Below are positions 48,974 to 59,500 of a DNA stretch of 64,000 bases, piece after piece. This DNA is from Coniocarpon cinnabarinum (lineage: Eukaryota): NCBI GenBank assembly GCA_051942205.1, contig JAVECO010000006.1, positions 186,001 through 250,000 of the forward strand. The letters are read 5' to 3'. The position numbers and the translations under genes were made by a program. The notes under the pieces are model-generated. The model did no database searches. It saw only the letters and a program-made list of their open reading frames with translations, and was not told the DNA's origin. Positions within the stretch are counted from its first letter, which is position 1. Each line of letters starts with the position of its first letter.

Positions 48974-51900
48974 CTACTCCTCATCCTTTTCTTCATCCTC
49001 TTCCTCATCATCATCCTCTCCTTGCGCTACGTCCACCTCAAAAGTTGGCGCCTGATCCACGCCAACATAGGCATCACACATCAAAAAGCACGTCAACTCC
49101 TGCTTCCCCTCCCGTTGAACAATAAAGTTCAACTTCGTGTTCACCGTATTCTTGCTCAGCGTCAAACGCTTAACACCGCAGAGCTCACGCGTCTTTTCAT
49201 TGCCAACGACAAGCCACCAGTTCTCCGTCTTCTGACCTGGGAAGAAGGGCGCATGGACAGTGAGATCAATCTCTTGATCTGCAGCATCGCCATCCTCTTC
49301 TTCGTCATCGCTCTCCCGCTTGATCGTCACCGCGAGCGTCGTATTCTCCCCAGCCGTGATCGTCTCATCCAAAACCTGAAATGACATCTCAATAGAAGGA
49401 TATTTCTCATTCGTAAAGTTCGCCGCATCCGCCAATTGTTTCTGACTCAAATCCAACCTCTCCACGAACTTAGCATAGTCCTTGTTCTCCTCAGGATCCA
49501 TCGCATCCATGAATCCGAAGATGTCCTTAACGCCGAAATCCGCACACGTCCTGACGGTGTCCGCTGTGAAATGCGGCATCTGCAGCAGAGGAGAGTCGCG
49601 GTCCCAGCACGCTTGCACGACCATTTGAGACATTTCCATCGCCGCCATTGCGTTGAGATGGCCTTGTGATGAGAGGATATCGGCGGCGGCGGAGAGAAGC
49701 GGTGGCATTTTTTTGAGAATTTGGCGTTGATCTTCGAGGAGATCCACAGGGAGTTGGAGACGGCTGAAGTGGGCTTGCAGTAGCACGTGCGCTTTGAATG
49801 CAGGGGACTCGTACTTGGGACCGTCCTGCGGCTTAACGGGAAGACGGTCGTACACGCGTCGTAGGATTTGGTCCTCGTGACGGCGGATGGGAATGAACTC
49901 GAATTCTGTAGCACTCGTTACAATCTCGAGGAGTTGCTTCATCTTTGTCTTGGCGTTGAGGGAGAGGAGGAAGGTTTGCATTGTCACGAAGGAGACGTTG
50001 TAGTAGGCGGCGATCATGGCTGGGTTCGAAGGCTGGACCGAGTCATCTTCTTCGTCGAGCTCGATGATGTCGGCTTCGGCAAGCTCTTTAAGAGTGTCCA
50101 CGACCAGATCAGACAAATGCGTAGAGAGGCCTTCGTGCGACGTATCGACGAGTCCATAGAACGAAGGGTTTGCGAGAAGCCGGCGATAAAAGTATGTGTA
50201 GGTGGTCCAATCGACGGCATCTTGGTTAGAGGCGATCATCTTTGTAGATATTTCAGAGACGAAGGCGTCATGCAAATAAGAAGGCAGATGAGACTCGATG
50301 GGCAGTGCCTCATTGAGGAACTTGCGATAGTAGTCACGCTTGACACTCGGCACCATGAGAACGCCTCTTGACATGCGATCAACCCCTGAGCGACCTGAGC
50401 GACCAAACATTTGCAGCACCTCGGCTATGGGGTAATCCACGTATCGATGTTCGTGGCCGTCAAAGAATTGTGTGCCCATGACGACGACTAGGTGAGCGTT
50501 GAAGTCAATCTCCCAGCAACAGTCACGGGAAGCAATCACGACCTGAATTGCACCTTGTTGGAAGAGATATCGAACCGCTTGTTTGTCGAACACTGACAGA
50601 GCTTCATGATGATAACCAATCCCATGAGTAAGAGACTCGGCAAGAGCGGGCTCTTTAACGCGGTCAAGAACACGCTGTATTTCGCCGATGGACGTATACA
50701 GAAAGCGGTCCTCCGCATCATCAGCAATGCAACACCCGAGAATGTCAAGAGCTGTCCTTCGCACTTGTTTGCGGCCGGAGACGAAAACCATTGAAGGCTT
50801 GTCTGATGCGTGTTGAACAATGCTTTGATAAGCAGGACGAGCCATGGCAAGCATCATCGATGGGAAATGTGGGATGGAGAAGGACTGAATGTGTAGCTCA
50901 ATAGGAATTGGTCGCTTGTTGGGAGCGAAGTTGAAGATGTTGTGCTTGCGCGCTCCAAGCCACTCACCAACGTCTCGACCATTAGAGAGTGGCACGCTCA
51001 GTCCAATTATCCGAAGGTCGGACTCGGTGTGCAATCCGATTGTGTGCATTCGAGAAACGATAATTTCGTAGATGTGGCCGTCATGACCTCCCAGCATATG
51101 TAGCTCGTCGGCGATGAACAGCTCCACAGTCTGAATAGCTTTGCGACGTTGCCATGAACGTGAAATGACATCCCATTGTGTTGGGGTAGCTAAGATCAAG
51201 TCACCTTCTTGCAGCAATCGTAAGTCTGTAGTGGTCTCCCCTGTCAACTTAACAATATTTTTGCCACCACTGATACTAGCAAAACGCTTGCTCCAATGAT
51301 CAAATCTCGTGTTGACAAGCTCTTCGAAGGGCGCGATATACACTGCACGGCCAGCTTCTGGATTCAACCAGTGTCGCAAAAACGCCAGCTCGGCACACAC
51401 AGTCTTACCACTGCCCACAGGAGCGCCTATGAAAACGCTGTCATTAGTTGAGTATAGAGCATTGAACGCCTGAGTTTGGATTTTGTTGAATTGTGTCCAG
51501 TCTTTGTACAACGCCTGATGCTCTTTGTTCTCCAGAGCAGCGACATGTACAGGTTGAAGATCCAACAATTGCGTGTGAGGAGGAAATTGAGCCGGTAAGC
51601 GCAAACTAGCAAATGAGAGTGGGATCTTGGTTTCGGAGTGCATCCATCTGTCAGAGAGCACAGTGATGAAGTAGTTTGGGGGCATTGGCTCAGTGATTGG
51701 TACAGTCAAGTCAACTACATGGACGTTCTCCTCGGATTGCGCATACTCCTTGCGAAGCAAAAACTGGTCGTGGAAGAGGATTTCCTCGCCATCACAATCC
51801 TCAATGAGGATCCAGAATGTCTCCGCCAGTCCATGTAGCTCTTGATGCCACTGAAAGTTGGGCGTGATGCTCAGCTCGACACGCAGTAGAGACCTAGTGA

Positions 51901-54900
51901 CAGGCTGACAGGACGCTTGTACTTCTAGCCTTGGGAAATGTTCAACAGCATTCACCACAGGGCGGCCAGATTTGGGCATGCCGAGGAGCTCACCCATACG
52001 AGGTGGATCAAGGTCAAAATAGCTTGACCACGGCACATCCACACGCTCAGCTTTTTGAATGATGTCTTGACCGATCGTCGGCGCTCCAAATTCAGAGTGT
52101 CTTGGGAATTGTCTGAGCGGAGTCATTGTGGGCCACATGCGCTTTTCAGCAGTCTTGCACAGCTCGAGGGACATCTTGGCGACAGACGCCCAGCCTTTCT
52201 TTAGGGCGATCTCGAATATTGCTCGAAGAACTCTGCCGGCAGACTGCGTCACGTATACGAGGTCTGCCATCAGTGCTAGCCCCTCAAGTTTAAGACGGGA
52301 TATGTAAGCTTGAAGTAAGACATTAATCTTAGCCTGCGGCTCTTCAATACTTTCCTTGACCGGTATTGGAACTCGAGCGAGGAGCTTAGCCAACTCCAGC
52401 TTCTCGTCAGGACGAACTGGGATGTATTTAAACTCCTCGCTCAATGCGAAAATGCGGAACATTTCAATCGAACCGATGCCAGGCTGGATTTGCTGGTTGT
52501 AGGTGGCCATAGAGCTGTGGGAAATGTAGTAGTGCGAAGCAATTCTTCCAAACTCAGTGGCGGACAGCCGACCACTCTTCTTCTCATATCGCACAAGACC
52601 TGACCGCTCGAGCAAGACTGCAGCAGAATGTATAAGATCAACTCGCTTTTGTTCGAGCGCATCGTCGTCCTCATAATCTGCTCCCACGCTGTAGAGGCCA
52701 GGTGACCGGAGCATGCGCACGAAGAGGTACGTGTATCCCAACCACTCAACACCTTCGTCTCGGGTTCGGATGTTGCCCAGTACGACTTCGGCGTTGAGGT
52801 TGTCAGCAAGCTTGCTTACAAATTGGCTCTCGATCGGAAGCTGCTGGTTCATCAAAGACATGTAGTATTGCATTTCGCTGTGAGTAGTGATCATGATGCC
52901 TTCTCCGAATGTATCATACTGGGGACGTCCAGCTCGACCAAGCATCTGGAGCACATCTTGAGGGCTCAACTCCACCCAACTACCCTTTTCTGGCGAATAG
53001 ACGGTGGTTCCTTTGATGATTACAGTGTGCGCTGGAAGATTAACGCCCCATGCCAGAGTAGCTGTGCAAACCAGAACTTGGATACTGCCATCTGCAAAGA
53101 GTTCTTCCACGGACGTTCGATCTGCTCGACTCATGCCTGCATGGTGGATACCGAACCCAAATGGTAGGATTTCTTTCAAGTCTCCGTTTCCAGACTGTTC
53201 AGCTTCTTGAGTTAAAATTTCTCGACTTGCTGCATCAGTGCGTAAGATTTGCCCGATGGTTTCTTCCTCGAGGGCACGGTCCTTGATGTACTTCGCAGTT
53301 TTCGCAGTATCTTTTCTTGAATGTACGAAAATGAGCATTTGATTCCGCTTCTGGCCAACTTGTTCTAATACCTTTTTGTAACAAACGTCGTTCATGGTTC
53401 GAAGCTGCTTGATTGGCTTCTTGTCTGTCACGCCAACAAACTCTTGCTGCAGAGGGCAAGGCCTGAAAGAGCCGTCGAAATGGTACATGCCATGTTCAGG
53501 ATCAACCCGCAAGAAGCTAGCCACGTCACGATAATTGGGCAACGTAGCACTCAAGCCAATGATTCGCACAGGCTCTCCAGTCTGCTCGGTCTTTCGAATT
53601 GTTCGACTCACGATACTCTCAAGCACTGGGCCTCTATCATCGTGGAGCAAATGGATCTCGTCTATGCAGATCAGCCTTACAAGATTTGTGTAGCTGAGGT
53701 CAGTAGCCTTGCGTGTAATAACATCCCACTTTTCCGGCGTAGTCACAATGACTTGTGTCTCTGCAATTTGTTGTTTAGTAAGTTGGCGATCGCCGGTCAA
53801 TTCAGCGACTCGAATCCCATAGGGCGCAAGGCGCTTGCCAAAGTTGCCAGTCTGTTCGGCGACCAAAGCTTTCAATGGTGCGATATAAATGATTTTGAAA
53901 TCGTCGAGGCTCACCTCACCTGTCTCTGGATTCCTGTGCTTGCCAATCTCTCGCAGCATCGTCAGCATGGCAATATTTGTCTTTCCAGAACCCGTTGGTG
54001 CACAGATCAGCATGTTCTCGTCGCTTTCGAACGACGCAGGAAAACATTTTGTTTGGATTCGATTTAGCTCCTTGGACGAGCCAAAGCCCGGTCGGGCCCA
54101 CGCGGGAAGCTCTGACGTTGGCATGTTTTTCTTTTCGGTAGGGGCTCGCTGGGGTTTGGGCGCTGGAACGTGGATCTCGTCATAGCCTTTGAACTTCTTC
54201 TGCGTCGACCCAGGCGGTAGCTTCACGTTTGGATTGGTCATAAGATGATTCCCCTGATCAAAGACCAGATTCTCCAGATTGATGGTGTTCCGAGGCTGCA
54301 TATTACCTTTGAGGCCTGCATCTGCATCGGCCATCGCTACATCTTTGGCCCCAGAAGAAACATCCAGGTTCATCAAATCGGCCTTTTCCTGCTTGCCACC
54401 GTCCGCTCCTCGCGCAGAGTCGGCGTAACCTCGAGAGACAAGCTCGCGGAGTAATTGCTGTTGGCCTGCGCGATACATAGCGGTCTCGACAGTCTTGCGG
54501 GCGTTTTCATCTTCCGATGTTTGACGCCACCTTGTTACCCAGACAATGCAGTCCCGGTTGTAGACAATCTTGGAGACCAGCTCATGATGCTCATAGTCAA
54601 ACAATTCCATTACATCATTTTCGACTTCACGCAGTGGTGCTAGCTCGCCGTTATCCGACTGTCTCCCAAGAATTTCCATGGCGTCCTTGGTCTTCTCCTG
54701 CTGTAGGTGTGGATCATGAAAGACCTGGCCAACTTGACGTTGTAGCCAATAAGCGTCAATCTCGTGCGCCGGCACAGCGCGAGTCTCTTTCTGCGTTTTA
54801 GTGCTATCCACGTCATCGCCTGCATTAAATATAAGACCGTCACCTCCATCCGCAGCTTGCTCAATGGCATCTGCATCTGCACCGCCTGCAACAGCGGCGT

Positions 54901-55687
54901 CAGGCGCACCATGGCGCTGCGCGAAATCACTCGGCTCCTCATCAGAGGATTCGCCCTCGTCGCGTACCTCGTACGACCTCTTGACACCTTCCTCATCCTC
55001 ATCTTCATCCTCATCAAAGTCAACCGCAACGCCTTGCCGGTCGTCCAGTTCATCTTGTGCAACACCATTGGCACCGTCAGCTTGCCCAGCATCGTCGTCT
55101 TGATTGTCGTAGTCTGTGATTTTCTTGCTCAAATTCATGGCCTCGTTAAACTCTTTCGAGCTGAGCTGCGTCCCGATGATGTCTTCAACGTCTCTTTTCT
55201 TATCAAAGTCTTTCATCTCGTCACTCTTCAAGGTCTCGAGCACAGCGTCCACTGCGCTAACCGTGACTGTATTTGAGACGCCTCCAAGTTTTCGTCCGAT
55301 AGCAGTAAAGAGTAGGTTGTACGTATCGCGCGTAGCCTGGGTTCTTGGTCGATACCTCAAGTCTTCAACTTCAAGCTCTGCAATAGAGAGACTTGACTGG
55401 GCTTGGGGCTCGCCCCGCTTCCTCTTCTTGCTTTGTCTTTCGAGTACATCAGCTCCTTCTTGAATATCGGCTCGCTGGATTCCAGGCGTCTTGATTTTCT
55501 TAGGCGCAGACTGTTCCTCGCGGCCTATTCGAGATCCCATATCACGGATACTGATCCGCCCTGCCAGAGACTCCGGATCGCCAGATTGGTCATCTGCCCT
55601 GTTCAAAAACCTTCTGTCTGCCTGCAGCACCAAATTTGACATTGCGCCATATTTGTACTGGGCGTATCTGTTCGTGGATTCGGCCAT
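48974..55687 (-). CDS. BRR2: U5 snRNP 200-kDa pre-mRNA splicing helicase Brr2
   Basis: Uninterrupted ORF. N-terminal MSNLVLQADRR; two helicase cassettes (APTGSGKT/DEIH/SAT and APVGSGKT/DELH), each followed by a Sec63 domain. Confidence 0.97.
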   Translation of the reverse strand: MAESTNRYAQYKYGAMSNLVLQADRRFLNRADDQSGDPESLAGRISIRDMGSRIGREEQSAPKKIKTPGIQRADIQEGADVLERQSKKRKRGEPQAQSSLSIAELEVEDLRYRPRTQATRDTYNLLFTAIGRKLGGVSNTVTVSAVDAVLETLKSDEMKDFDKKRDVEDIIGTQLSSKEFNEAMNLSKKITDYDNQDDDAGQADGANGVAQDELDDRQGVAVDFDEDEDEDEEGVKRSYEVRDEGESSDEEPSDFAQRHGAPDAAVAGGADADAIEQAADGGDGLIFNAGDDVDSTKTQKETRAVPAHEIDAYWLQRQVGQVFHDPHLQQEKTKDAMEILGRQSDNGELAPLREVENDVMELFDYEHHELVSKIVYNRDCIVWVTRWRQTSEDENARKTVETAMYRAGQQQLLRELVSRGYADSARGADGGKQEKADLMNLDVSSGAKDVAMADADAGLKGNMQPRNTINLENLVFDQGNHLMTNPNVKLPPGSTQKKFKGYDEIHVPAPKPQRAPTEKKNMPTSELPAWARPGFGSSKELNRIQTKCFPASFESDENMLICAPTGSGKTNIAMLTMLREIGKHRNPETGEVSLDDFKIIYIAPLKALVAEQTGNFGKRLAPYGIRVAELTGDRQLTKQQIAETQVIVTTPEKWDVITRKATDLSYTNLVRLICIDEIHLLHDDRGPVLESIVSRTIRKTEQTGEPVRIIGLSATLPNYRDVASFLRVDPEHGMYHFDGSFRPCPLQQEFVGVTDKKPIKQLRTMNDVCYKKVLEQVGQKRNQMLIFVHSRKDTAKTAKYIKDRALEEETIGQILRTDAASREILTQEAEQSGNGDLKEILPFGFGIHHAGMSRADRTSVEELFADGSIQVLVCTATLAWGVNLPAHTVIIKGTTVYSPEKGSWVELSPQDVLQMLGRAGRPQYDTFGEGIMITTHSEMQYYMSLMNQQLPIESQFVSKLADNLNAEVVLGNIRTRDEGVEWLGYTYLFVRMLRSPGLYSVGADYEDDDALEQKRVDLIHSAAVLLERSGLVRYEKKSGRLSATEFGRIASHYYISHSSMATYNQQIQPGIGSIEMFRIFALSEEFKYIPVRPDEKLELAKLLARVPIPVKESIEEPQAKINVLLQAYISRLKLEGLALMADLVYVTQSAGRVLRAIFEIALKKGWASVAKMSLELCKTAEKRMWPTMTPLRQFPRHSEFGAPTIGQDIIQKAERVDVPWSSYFDLDPPRMGELLGMPKSGRPVVNAVEHFPRLEVQASCQPVTRSLLRVELSITPNFQWHQELHGLAETFWILIEDCDGEEILFHDQFLLRKEYAQSEENVHVVDLTVPITEPMPPNYFITVLSDRWMHSETKIPLSFASLRLPAQFPPHTQLLDLQPVHVAALENKEHQALYKDWTQFNKIQTQAFNALYSTNDSVFIGAPVGSGKTVCAELAFLRHWLNPEAGRAVYIAPFEELVNTRFDHWSKRFASISGGKNIVKLTGETTTDLRLLQEGDLILATPTQWDVISRSWQRRKAIQTVELFIADELHMLGGHDGHIYEIIVSRMHTIGLHTESDLRIIGLSVPLSNGRDVGEWLGARKHNIFNFAPNKRPIPIELHIQSFSIPHFPSMMLAMARPAYQSIVQHASDKPSMVFVSGRKQVRRTALDILGCCIADDAEDRFLYTSIGEIQRVLDRVKEPALAESLTHGIGYHHEALSVFDKQAVRYLFQQGAIQVVIASRDCCWEIDFNAHLVVVMGTQFFDGHEHRYVDYPIAEVLQMFGRSGRSGVDRMSRGVLMVPSVKRDYYRKFLNEALPIESHLPSYLHDAFVSEISTKMIASNQDAVDWTTYTYFYRRLLANPSFYGLVDTSHEGLSTHLSDLVVDTLKELAEADIIELDEEDDSVQPSNPAMIAAYYNVSFVTMQTFLLSLNAKTKMKQLLEIVTSATEFEFIPIRRHEDQILRRVYDRLPVKPQDGPKYESPAFKAHVLLQAHFSRLQLPVDLLEDQRQILKKMPPLLSAAADILSSQGHLNAMAAMEMSQMVVQACWDRDSPLLQMPHFTADTVRTCADFGVKDIFGFMDAMDPEENKDYAKFVERLDLSQKQLADAANFTNEKYPSIEMSFQVLDETITAGENTTLAVTIKRESDDEEEDGDAADQEIDLTVHAPFFPGQKTENWWLVVGNEKTRELCGVKRLTLSKNTVNTKLNFIVQREGKQELTCFLMCDAYVGVDQAPTFEVDVAQGEDDDEEEDEEKDEE

Positions 55688-56596
55688 CTTGAAGCACAAT
55701 AAGGCGCGCGTTCGCACCGGCTATCAGAAACGGATGATAAAGGGTTCCCGAGCACCAAAGAAGCGAGTCTGCAAATGATTGAGGAAATTCGGCACCTGGA
55801 CAGGCGTGCTGGTTTTGAGAAGCGGTAGGTAGGTATATGAAATGTCGAATCAATGAGGCAGCAGAGCACGTGGGCGGAGGCTTTCCGCGTTGATCACAGC
55901 GATCTGATTTTGTCACGTTTCTTTGATGAAAATCTGGGCAGGGTGTCCACTCAAGCGACCCAGACGACGACCTCGCTCGTCGCGGACCGCATGCTTTGTC
56001 TCTTGTTTTCTCAAGTGTTTCCGTCTTGAATGAATGGATGCGACGATGTGGTTTGTGCATTCTTCAGCTCTTTGCGCAGCTATATGCTCTCTCTACCCTG
56101 ACATTGGTGAAGCCTGACGTTGCTACCTACAGATTAATTTACCCCTGAGTGGCTATGTTCTCTGCTGCTAGTTCGTTTGCCTGCAGCATCCGCCCCGCCC
56201 AAGCCACGATTCTTGCCATCCTGATCATAATTGCTGCTTAACTTATCAGGACGCTCGAGTTCCTCTCTCTATTCATCATTCTTACCTTCTCCTCTTGTTG
56301 ATCCTTGTACAGTCACGCTTTGCTGCTAATACTGTACCTTATAAATTGTTTTGGACTGTTCGGTTCACTTTTGATATACTTTGCTTTTGCGCTTCCGTCA
56401 GTTCCAGAAGCCAGCACAAGATTATGGTTGCACACGACTCAAGGACAAGAGAGCGTTCATCATCCGCGAGCGTTGTGCTCCTCCCAAAAACTTTCACTTG
56501 TATTTGGACCCAAGGAGTCGGCATGAACTTGGGCCAATAGACTACTCTCCATAGACGAGAAGAATCTAGCAATATTGTACATATCCTCGAATTTCC

Positions 56597-59295
56597 ATGG
56601 ACCCAATCTCAGCTTTTGGATTGGCCGCAAATGCACTCGAAATCGGTGGCGCGCTTACTCGGGTCATCGGAAGTGTGCGCGAGCTGCGGTCACGCTACAA
56701 GCGCGCAAATCTCACGTTGGTTCTACTGGAGCATCAACTAAGCACTTTGAAGGAAGCTCTGGATCAGATGGGTCAATGGGCTGAGGTAAGTTGAGGGAGC
56801 TTCTGCTTGGCTGAAAAGTCTTATGAAATACTAAAAAGGCGCCCACTGCTTGCTACTCGAGACACGAATCTAAACATGGGCTCAATGTGGTCAATGACCT
56901 TGGGCAGAAATAGAATTAGTGGTTTTCCCCAAAAGAAAAAAGTGCTAGTGTGATACTTTAAAAATGCTGACAATAGCTTTAGGTGAGTCATCTTTATGTT
57001 CATGATTCCTTCGCACCCACTCCTTTATAAATCTCGGATTGTGCTATCAGTGGCAACATTCATGGCGAGAACAGATTTTGACCCACAGCAACGTCAAGCT
57101 GTGTCGCCGTAAGATGTCCTAGACGCACTCGATTGCACGCGTATCGTATAAAAAGCAGCAGAACGATGCACTGACAAGCACTGTCCAAAGCCTACTTGCT
57201 CCGCTCAGCTACGACAGAAATCTGAACACGCTGTGCAAGCAATTCAAACAATCGTAATTCTGTTGGATGAGAGAATGCAGGCAATTCCAACAGATAACGA
57301 TGGAAGCTTGAAGCTCTCAGGGAAGCTGACATTCCTTCGTTGCCATGCCGAGCTCCGAGAACTCCAGGATCAGCTTAACAGCCAAATAATGTCCCTCACG
57401 ATTCTTGTCTATGCCTATACGTGGTGAGTATAGAGCCCGTTTTCCCGCAGCTTGAATGAACAAAGTCGGACGTGTCGGAATACCTCTAACACAAAGCTAG
57501 TGGTTCCATCCCCGAGCAGCAAGCAGTTATGAATGATGAAATCAATCGTCAAGTCCTTCAAGACGCAGAAGACGACGCCTCATCTTTAATCGTCAACAAT
57601 GACGCCCTAACAAACAGAAGTAGTACATCTACTCGTGATACTGGGGGCTGGAGTCGCGAGTTCGCCTTTGATAGAGACGTTACAAGCGCGAAGGTGTACA
57701 GAACGGCTTTACGTTCCAACATGCGGCAAGCACGTCGCCTGCACACCTCATCAGGCCAGGCTCAAACGAAGAACGCTACTCCGTCGCTGGCCGGAGACTC
57801 TACTGCAAATCACGACCTTCATGAGGCACTGATGCATAATGATATACTGGATGAACTCAGCGCGATCCAACTTGAGGTAGTAGATGAGGCCACAAGAGCC
57901 CCAAAATCTGCAGTCCAAGGCACCGGATCTGCGTCTGGCTCAAGTGGGGATATGTCACTTTTTCCGGAGGAGAAAAAGCTAGCAGCAGTCAAGTATAGCG
58001 CATTCTCTGGATATCTTGAACAAGACACTATGATCCAAGGCATTCTCCGAACGGTTAATATGGAAGATCAGCCGGGCTCAAAGAGTCCATTCTACCATAT
58101 TTCACACCTCAATCAAGCCGGGCGCGGGCCATTGAATGGCTTTAAGGTTGAGCGAAGAAGCCTGAAACGTGTCGTATACAACGTTGAGACCCACGTTCTC
58201 GCACATGAAACTCATATGGATTCGCTCAACGCTAATTGTAATGGGCTGCTTGGCTCCCAAGGGCTCCTCTTGTTGGGCAACAGGGGTGCTGGAAAAAGCA
58301 CCATCTTGAGGTCCATCGGGTTCCATCTCGCGCCAAAGACGTTTGTGACCACTGGTCAGCGTTTGAAGTTAAGGTCAGCAATGAAAGCTTGTGCCTTAGC
58401 CGTGGTCAAAAGGCTTGATGAGGATCGAGACATCCTTAGGCCAGGCCCCGATCGAGAAGCATTTTTAGCTTGGAAGAAAGACCTAGATCCACCAGAGCCT
58501 GCTGCTGGTGGTATTATACACGTTGACCATGACAAAATGGTATGGTCGTGGAAGGACACCGAATTAATGCGGCAGGTCTTGCGACATTACATTTCGGCTT
58601 TTCACCAAGCTCATGGAAAGAGAGTCTGGGACATGGATTAGTAAGCTGCCTCGCTGCTTTACGCGACTGATTCAACAGGCTAAAACATTTGCAACAGCTT
58701 GATCGAAAGATTTCATGAAATTGTTTACTGGAGCGACCGAGCAACAAATCATGATGTGTTGAAGGCAGATATTCCTACAAAAGGTATATCACACACAGAT
58801 TTTGACGTCAACAATGGGCAACTAACGTGGAGCGTTTTTGATACGGGCCCGAAGCCTTCCAAACTCAAGGAATGGTCTGATGTTTGCAATAACGTTCAGA
58901 CGGTTATCTTCGTTGCCAAAGTCACTGCATTGGAGTGGGGCACCCCAGGTAATAGCGACGAAGGCACCTTACAACAGGCCATGAATGAATGGGAAAGTGT
59001 CATTAACTCAGACTTATTTGAAAGAGCAGGATTTATTCTCGTGTTCACGCACTGTGATATTTTGGCAGAGGAAGTTCGAAAGATGCCAATACGTAGACGG
59101 TACCTAGCCAGGAGAGACGCCAATGATTTGCCATCCTTTTTCGCAGGCAAATTTCTGTCAGTACCGAGAAAGTTTTCCCACCAATTGATCAGAGTTGTGA
59201 TCACAGGGCTCACAGAGGATAGTGCCGAAATAGGTAGGAAAATTATCACAGCTGCCACGAAGGTTAGGCGGGAATATCTAGAAAGGCCTGTATAG
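56597..59295 (+). CDS. HeLo-like/STAND N-terminal domain fused to a degenerate G-protein alpha domain, 4 exons
   Basis: N-terminus MDPISAFGLAANALEI..L..L..L. In-frame introns at 56786-57190, 57424-57500 and 58641-~58697. G-alpha motifs LLLGNRGAGKSTIL, PTKGI, VFDTG, W..V..NVQTVIFV, W.SVINS.LF and FILVFTHCD. Confidence 0.8.
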
Positions 59296-59500
59296 CGAGA
59301 AATGATCGAGATATATTGTATGAATGTTGAGATGCAGAGACAAATCTCTTGGTTATGCTAATCGATATCAGAACCTCCATGTGGTGCTACGCCGCATCCA
59401 TACATCACTGCTCTGACGTCAGCTTGTGGTTTCCAGGCAGTGTGACTCGCTCAAGATGCACAGGGCATCACTGAGCACAGAAGCAGTAGGGAAACACAGA

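Noticed and set aside
48974..55687. 6.7-kb intronless spliceosomal helicase as a retrocopy
   Set aside because: The gene is intact, with no poly-A tail or TSD; large conserved fungal genes are often intron-poor.
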